Source: the human T2T-CHM13v2.0 reference genome, Homo sapiens
Reading direction: 5' to 3' (one strand)
Assembly: GCF_009914755.1 (NCBI RefSeq)
Contig: NC_060929.1
Length of the DNA: 64,000 nt
Position numbers and translations under genes: made by a program. The notes under the pieces were generated by a model, which saw nothing but the letters and a program-made list of their open reading frames with translations, ran no database searches and was not told the origin of the DNA. Position 1 is the first letter of the stretch, and each line of letters starts with the position of its first letter. Of the stretch, positions 57,623 through 64,000 are shown piece after piece.

Positions 57623-58342
57623 AGAGCGCCTTCGCTGACACGCTGACGCCCGCGCGCCTCAGCCAGGCCCGCTTCAGCGCCTGCCTGCCGCCCAGCAGCC
57701 ACGACGCGGCCAACTTCGACAACAACGAGCTCGAGAACAACCAGGTGGTGGCCAAGCTGGGCCACCTGGCGCTGGGCCGCGCCCCGGGCCCACCGCCAGC
57801 CGACGCCGCGGCCGCCGCCATTCCGTGCGGGCCCCGTGAGCGCCCGCGGCCCGCGTCGTCGCCGGCGCTACTGGAGGCCGACCTGCGCTTCCACGCAACA
57901 CGCGGGCCCGACGTGAGCCTGTCGGCCGACCGCAAAGTGGCCTGCGCACCGCGGCCCGACGGCGGCCGCACGCTGGTCTTCTCCGAGCGCCCGCTGCGGC
58001 CCGGCGAGAGCCTCTTCGTGGAGGTGGGCCGTCCGGGGCTGGCGGCGCCCGGCGCGCTGGCCTTCGGCATCACGTCGTGCGACCCGGGCGTGCTACGGCC
58101 CAACGAGCTGCCCGCCGACCCAGACGCGCTGCTCGACCGCAAAGAGTACTGGGTGGTGGCGCGCGCCGGGCCCGTGCCGAGCGGCGGCGACGCGCTCAGC
58201 TTCACGCTGCGGCCCGGCGGCGACGTGCTCCTGGGCATCAACGGGCGTCCGCGCGGCCGCCTGCTGTGCGTCGACACCACGCAGGCGCTCTGGGCCTTCT
58301 TCGCCGTGCGCGGCGGCGTCGCGGGCCAGCTGCGTCTCCTCG
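57623..58342 (+). CDS. NEURL1B: NEURL1B exon 3, linker and NHR2
   Basis: Acceptor CCCTTTGTCCGCACAG; encodes ...LRFHATRGPDVSLS...LVFSERPLRPGE...LWAFFAVRGGVAGQLRLL; donor TCG|GTGAGT. Confidence 0.96.
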
Positions 58343-58463
58343 GTGAGTCCCCGGCCCCGCGTGCGCGAGGCCCCGCCCCTCCCCCGTCCCGTGCCGTCTC
58401 ACCCCGCTGCGCTCTTCCCCGGCCCCGCCCCTCTCGCTAGGCGCTGCACCGCCCGAGGCCAGC

Positions 58464-58639
58464 CCGCGGTTCCCAACTTTAAGCGCCCGGGCACGATCCA
58501 CCCCGTCCAAAATTGCCGGACTCCACCCCAGAGTTCCGGATTCAGTGGGTCCACGGTGCGCCCCGAGAACGTGCATTTCCGACAAGTGCCCGGAGATGCT
58601 GACGTTGCGGCTCTCTGGACCACATTTTGTAAACCACCG
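58464..58639. mobile_element. MER5A-like hAT MITE, CpG-enriched
   Basis: Colinear with the recalled MER5A consensus (GGTTCCCAACTTT...CCCCAGAGTT..GATTCAGT.GGTC...GAGAA..TGCATTTC..ACAAGT...GGACCACA.TTTG..AACCAC). Confidence 0.72.
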
Positions 58640-60374
58640 ACCTAGATCGGTAACCGGCTTATCTCCGAGCTTGGCAGGCTATATCCCCTCGGTAAATGGT
58701 CGGTGCGATTTTTAGTTCCGTTGTTACGATTTGTTACATTAGGGTGTTTTTAACATGTAATGCACAGTAAGTGTAGGGAAAAAATAAATTCGACTGCACA
58801 TGAAAGAGGAAATAAGAATAGTATCGTCCACAGAAAGTGGAATGGAGGCCTGAACCATCCTATTTTGAGATAATTTTTGCCTTCATTCATGCCACAAATA
58901 GGCAGGAGCAGCCACCAGCTGTGGGCCGGGCCCTGGGCACCAGGATAGGGCCAGCAGAGGACAGGACACACTCCATGCCGGTTAGGAGCTCACAGACACC
59001 CTAAAGGAGAGTTGCACGGTGTGACATTTGCTACAGCCGGGGGCTCCTCTCCCAGCTTGGTGGAGTGAAGGAGATGTTCAGAGAAGGCTTCCCAGAGAGC
59101 CTGGCTCCAACTTCATGGCTCAAAAAGTAGAGTCCAAGCAATAAGAAGCAGTCAACAGCTCATATGTTCCCTCATTGAATTTTATCCTCCCTTTGACTCT
59201 ATTGAAATCAGTATCATTATCCCCACCTACAGATAAGATAATGAGCACAGAGAGATTAAATGACTATCCCAGGGTCACATCGCTGGTCAGCTTTGAAGAT
59301 GCTGGACAAATCACAGATTCTCCTGAGCCTGTTTCCTTCTGTAGAAAGAGAGTGATACCTGCTTCATGGGGTTGTCATGAGGATGAAATCATGTGCATAT
59401 AATGCCTTGAGCGGGGCCTGACACTGGTTTAATCAGTGGTAACAGTAACAACAGCAGCTGTTGCTGTCTTCATGAGGGCAGAGGAGGAGCCGGGTGGCAG
59501 TGTGGTTATTTGGTCAGAGTGTTTTTTGGGGAGGGGGAAGTTGTGTTGTTTTGTGTTTTTGAGGAACCATCAGACATAGTCATCATTTCAGCCCGAGACG
59601 AAGTGCCCATTATCTGTCCATTCATCCTCAGGTAGGGCAAGGGAAGGGGCATCTTTTCATCCTAAGAAACAAGCTGTTATTGTCTGAACCAACAGCAAGC
59701 TTGGGGAAGAAAACTCATCCATGTTGAGCACTAGTAGTCAGGGATCTTCTCGCAAGGGGCAAAACCCCACTCAAAGTGCCCTAAGCAAAAAAGGAAATGT
59801 CTGGGAGTATATTGGGTGAGTTCAGGAATAGCTGGATCTAGGTACTGGAAGGATATCAGCAGGATCCTACCTCTCTTTCCAACTCAAAGCTCTGCTTGCC
59901 TCTGTGTTGGCATCACTCTCAGGCAGGCCTTTGCCACGGGTTGGCTCTTCCAGCTCCAGGCTTCCTTCCCAATGAATGGAATGAGTTCCTTCTTTCCTAG
60001 TAGTTCCAGTAAAAGTTGCAGAATTGGGTCTCGGGCCTTACGGGGGTTATGTGCCCTTTCCTGAACCACCACTATTGAGACCAGAGAGTGGAAGTTCCTG
60101 TTGGCCTGGCCCTTATCCTATGAGGGAGGGCACATTAGTATCCCAAAAGAACATCCCAGGGCTGTTTCTGAAAGAGAAGAGAATAGAGGCCTGGTAGACA
60201 AAGAACAGAGGCACCACACTGGGATGCACTCTTCACTCCTCAGCAGAACCCTGGGAGATACCTCTGGTCCTCTCGTTAGACGGGAAAGCTAAGGTGCAAA
60301 GCAGTGAAGAACCATGGACTAGCAGGGCAGGTCCAACCTTCCACTGCCCCTGATGGAATCTCTTTGGGCCTCAG

Positions 60375-60500
60375 GTACCCTGCAGTCCAGCCCTGCGACC
60401 ACGACTCCATCAGGGTCCCTCAGCGGCTCCCAGGACGATAGTGATTCAGATATGACCTTCAGTGTCAACCAGTCCTCCTCGGCATCTGAGTCATCCCTGG
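60375..60500 (+). CDS. NEURL1B: NEURL1B exon 4, Ser/Thr-rich linker
   Basis: Acceptor CCTCAG, donor TGG|GTAAGG; 126 nt encoding GTLQSSPATTTPSGSLSGSQDDSDSDMTFSVNQSSSASESSL in frame with exons 3 and 5. Confidence 0.9.
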
Positions 60501-60884
60501 GTAAGGAAATGCAAACCCTGGCAGGGGCAGGGGCTGGCGGCTGGCCTGGCTCCTCCGGCTGTGCCAGTGGCCTTCCAGGGACTGAGCAGGGTGGCCGCCT
60601 TTCCCCCGCATCCTCTCCTTCCCTCAGCTGTATGCTCAGCTGGAGGGAGGAGAAGTGTCTAGATAGGGCATTCCAAAGGGTGACGATGGTGGCATTTTAT
60701 CTTGGTGTTTGGGAGTAGAAGAGTAGAGAAAGGTGCAAAACCTGCAAGGTAAACTCAAATTAGTATCTCCCAAAAGTATTCTCCCACCGGTCCCAGCAAG
60801 AAGCCCTGCATTCTCGGGGTTGCCCCAACAGAGCCCACCTGAGAGAGACATTGTTAACATATGTCCTCTTCTCCCTTTCGGCAG

Positions 60885-61129
60885 TGACGGCCCCCAGCTC
60901 CCCGCTGAGCCCCCCGGTGTCCCCCGTGTTCTCCCCACCGGAGCCGGCAGGCATCAAGAATGGCGAGTGCACGGTGTGCTTCGATGGCGAGGTGGACACG
61001 GTCATCTACACGTGTGGACACATGTGCCTGTGCCACAGCTGCGGCCTGCGGCTCAAGCGACAGGCCCGGGCCTGCTGCCCCATCTGCCGGCGGCCCATCA
61101 AGGACGTCATTAAGATCTACAGGCCATAG
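60885..61129 (+). CDS. NEURL1B: NEURL1B exon 5 coding part, C3HC4 RING finger
   Basis: Acceptor TCTTCTCCCTTTCGGCAG; encodes [54 protein letters not shown], stop TAG 61127-61129. Confidence 0.96.
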
Positions 61130-64000
61130 CCTAGCCTGCCCACGGGCCTTGGCCGGTGCAAGGTCACCTTTCTGAAGGCCCCCTGGGCTGGGCAACCACA
61201 TGGCTGCCAGGGAGTCCACGGGCAGCGGCCATCTCTCCAGTGGTGGGCAAGGTGTGACAGTCGTGGAGCGAGGCCCACAGGGCCTCAGCCCAGGCAGGGG
61301 TTGCTTCTGGCTCCAAAGTGCTTTGCCCCCAAAAGGCCGTCCCAAGAGCAAGCTCAGGAACTGCCTGGCAGATCACCCTGTCCCTTGGTGACCTTTCAAC
61401 TGGGAAACAGCGTCCTCTGTCTGTGCAATGCTTCTTGCTGGGGTTGGGTTGAGTGTGAGAGAAGGGGAGGGGAGGGAGGGAGGGAGAACAGAGAGAATGT
61501 GTGTGTGAGAGAGAGAGAGAGAGAATGAACGTGTAGCGATTTTACCAGGGGTCCCGGCTCCGGGAGGAGACGTGCAATCCGGAGCCCCGACATTGGCATG
61601 ACTAGAAGTTGTTCACTTTCTGGGGATGGGACATAAGCTGGTTTTGAATGTATGAAGCTGACCCTCACAGAACTCCCTGGGGTGGTGTAGAAAAGAGATG
61701 CTCAGATTTTCTAAGGGGAGGCAAAAATAACTCATTGTTTACAGCTCCAAAGCATGAACTCCTTGAGGGGAAGGTGGGTGAAGAACAATTCACTTCTTCA
61801 TTTCTTACTGGGTCTTAGAGCTGGGTGTGATGGGCACCGAGGCCAACCCCTCTGGATTGTGTCATCTTTTCACCCCTTCACCCCCAGACTGTCTAATAAT
61901 ACACACATCATACCTTGTCTCCGTCTCTGGAGGCAAGTCTCTGTAATGCCCTTCCCTATCTCCAAGGAGAAGACCAGCAGTAAGTTCTGTTTTTCTGTGG
62001 GAGAGAAAGAATCCTAGAGGCAGGTGACCCACCTGGAGCTGGAAAGCCCACTCCACGATGCAGACAGCTCTCTACCTTCCTGTGGTGGCCCCTGGGCCTG
62101 GCATTCCCAGGGGACCTGCTGGCAGGAGGAGGAACGAGGGCTTTATAACTTTGGTTATAACTTTTGGTCTTTGTTCTGATTCTCAGTGTATCTTCCTCCG
62201 CTGGTTACTAAAGTGTTCACTGATAAGTATGTTAACTAATGATCGAGACAGTAACGAAAAATGCTGGCACTGGGATTCTCTCCCTTCCCAGACCTACCTG
62301 CTGGTATTTCCTGGGACCTTGACCCTGCCCCACCCCCTCAGCCGTGCCCATCTCTGCAGACTCCCAGATCACATCTGGGCTGATGGGCTGGCCCAGGCCT
62401 GTCCCTCCCTTCTTGCCCCCAGTTCTGGGCTCCACCTCTGCCCTCTTCTGTGCTGTCCCATTAGGGAAGTCCCTTGGCCTGTCTATTTTTCAGTTCCCAA
62501 TTAGAAGTCTAGAACCTGACAACTCCAGGAGTTCTTGGGAGGACCAGTACAACGTTCTAAAAAGCCTGAGACGCCTTACAAAAAGCAAGTATCATTTGGA
62601 GTACAATTCCTAATCTGTTCATGTCCTGCTGAAGGAGGGAAGGAGGGAGAGGAAGGCAGGGGAGTTGATGCATTCATATAACAAACACTGCTGGGTGTCT
62701 GGGTGCCCAGAGCAAAGCTGGGCCAGGCCTTCACCAGATCAAGCCCCACAGACCAGCTGGTGCCCATGCGCTGCTGGTGGTTTGGGGCCTCCTGTTCCTC
62801 CTCTAGCTGGGAGTAATCACAGTTGTCTGACCTGATTCCAACTTAAGGTCCCCACTCTCTTGCCCCATCAAGAATCCCTGATTATTTACTTTTCCCTAGA
62901 AAATCTGGGGAAATTCCCACATTTTAATTTTGCAGCAGAATCTTTTGAGCAGCTTTTGGAACCACAGTGTTTGCCAAGATAAGAGTTTGAGAATCCAGCA
63001 GCCCTGGGTGCCTGGCTGAATTTGGTTTCCTGCATGTGCTGGGTGTGGGCGGGGCCACGCACAGGCCCTGCATGGGAGGACTCCTCACCCCAGGCCTGTG
63101 GTGCTGCAGACAACCGTCTCCTGTCTACACTGCGACCCAGCCACAAGCTGTGGGGTCTCAGTGGCCTGGGGGAAAGCAGCTCCACTCTCCTGCCCTTCCT
63201 GGCTGCCCCTTTGGGTTCCAGCCGGGGTCACGTCCAGCCTCCACTGGGAAACCAGTGACTGAGGCCTGGACCCAGAGGTGGACCAGGCATCTCCTGGCCA
63301 CCTGTGACCTGGGAAGAAGCGAGTCAGTGGCCCGTTCAACCTGCTCTGCAGCTGCTATAAATAGCCTCCCTGTTTCCAAGAGGAGGTAAGGAAGTGTTTA
63401 TCTTCTAAAAACCAGACGTTTCCTGATGCTCTGAGCGTTACTCAGTGCTACAGAGGAGATGCACACGTCCCCACTATGTTCTGTCTTGAGAAGGGGACAA
63501 GAGAAAGAGGAAAAGGAGCCACTGTACTTTATTTTGCACCTACAGCGTGCCTTGGCACTGGGCTAGAGAGGCACCTTCCTGCGTGAATCCTGTGCGGCAG
63601 GTCTTATTGCCATAATAAGTCACATCAAAGACACTGCTGGTCATAAAACACTGTTTTACATACCATAGGGAAAAACGCTGCCAATCTTAACTAAGATGCT
63701 ACAACTGTACAGTTCCTTCCAATCAGAGATGTTCACGTGTGAAAAAAAAACTGTGCTACTTACAATCTATGAAAGCTGGTATTATCCCACTTGGCAGGTA
63801 AGGAAACTGAGGTCCTGTGAGTGAAGTGACCTCATGATCACACAACAGGAGATGGCAGGGCTGGGATTCAAACCCGGGAGTGTCTGCTGCCACATCCCAC
63901 ACTCCCACTGCCTGGCTCCAAGTCCCAGGAAGCTCGAGACTGTGAGTTTTCTCCCTTGAAACTCACCTGGAGAGAGTCCGGGCACCTGTGCCTATGTGGA
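61130..64000 (+). other. NEURL1B: NEURL1B long 3' UTR, continuing beyond the window
   Basis: Follows the stop codon and is nearly free of Alu/L1; I saw no canonical AATAAA before the window end (visual scan). Confidence 0.7.

Larger units (their letters stand above)
57480..58730. promoter_or_regulatory. Intragenic CpG island over exon 3, extending into intron 3
   Basis: Dense CpG continuing about 390 bp past the donor, with two GGCCCCGCCCC GC boxes (~58369, ~58421). Confidence 0.78.

Noticed and set aside
57619-57626. Tandem AGAGAG at the exon 3 acceptor
   Set aside because: Alternative AGs are offset by 2 and 4 nt, frameshifting and lacking a pyrimidine at -3; no support for use.
57453-58280. 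275-aa antisense ORF over exon 3
   Set aside because: Same GC-rich shadow effect; no recognisable domain.
61463-61524. G-rich and (GT)/(GA) tract in the 3' UTR
   Set aside because: Ordinary simple repeat; a G-quadruplex is possible but nothing supports function.

Overview
Primate (human-like) genomic DNA containing the complete coding span of NEURL1B (Neuralized-2, a Notch-ligand RING E3 ubiquitin ligase) on the + strand. Five coding exons (15573-15603, 43975-44520, 57623-58342, 60375-60500, 60885-61129) join to 1668 nt = 555 aa with NHR1, NHR2, a Ser-rich linker and a C3HC4 RING. All four introns are phase 1. The gene has a CpG-island promoter, two intragenic CpG islands and a 3' UTR that runs off the window. 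The rest is Alu, L1, L2, MIR, DNA-transposon and LTR sequence. The most structured region is intron 1 at 24.8-32.4 kb: an antisense, gag/pol-deleted HERV-IP10/LTR10F-type provirus whose 5' LTR carries a full-length TMA7 processed pseudogene with 14-bp target-site duplications, followed by an intact sense-strand LTR13A-type solo LTR. I found no convincing wholly new biological system. The findings are repeat-derived regulatory, splicing and RNA-structure hypotheses. Gene and repeat-family names come from recalled sequences, not database searches.
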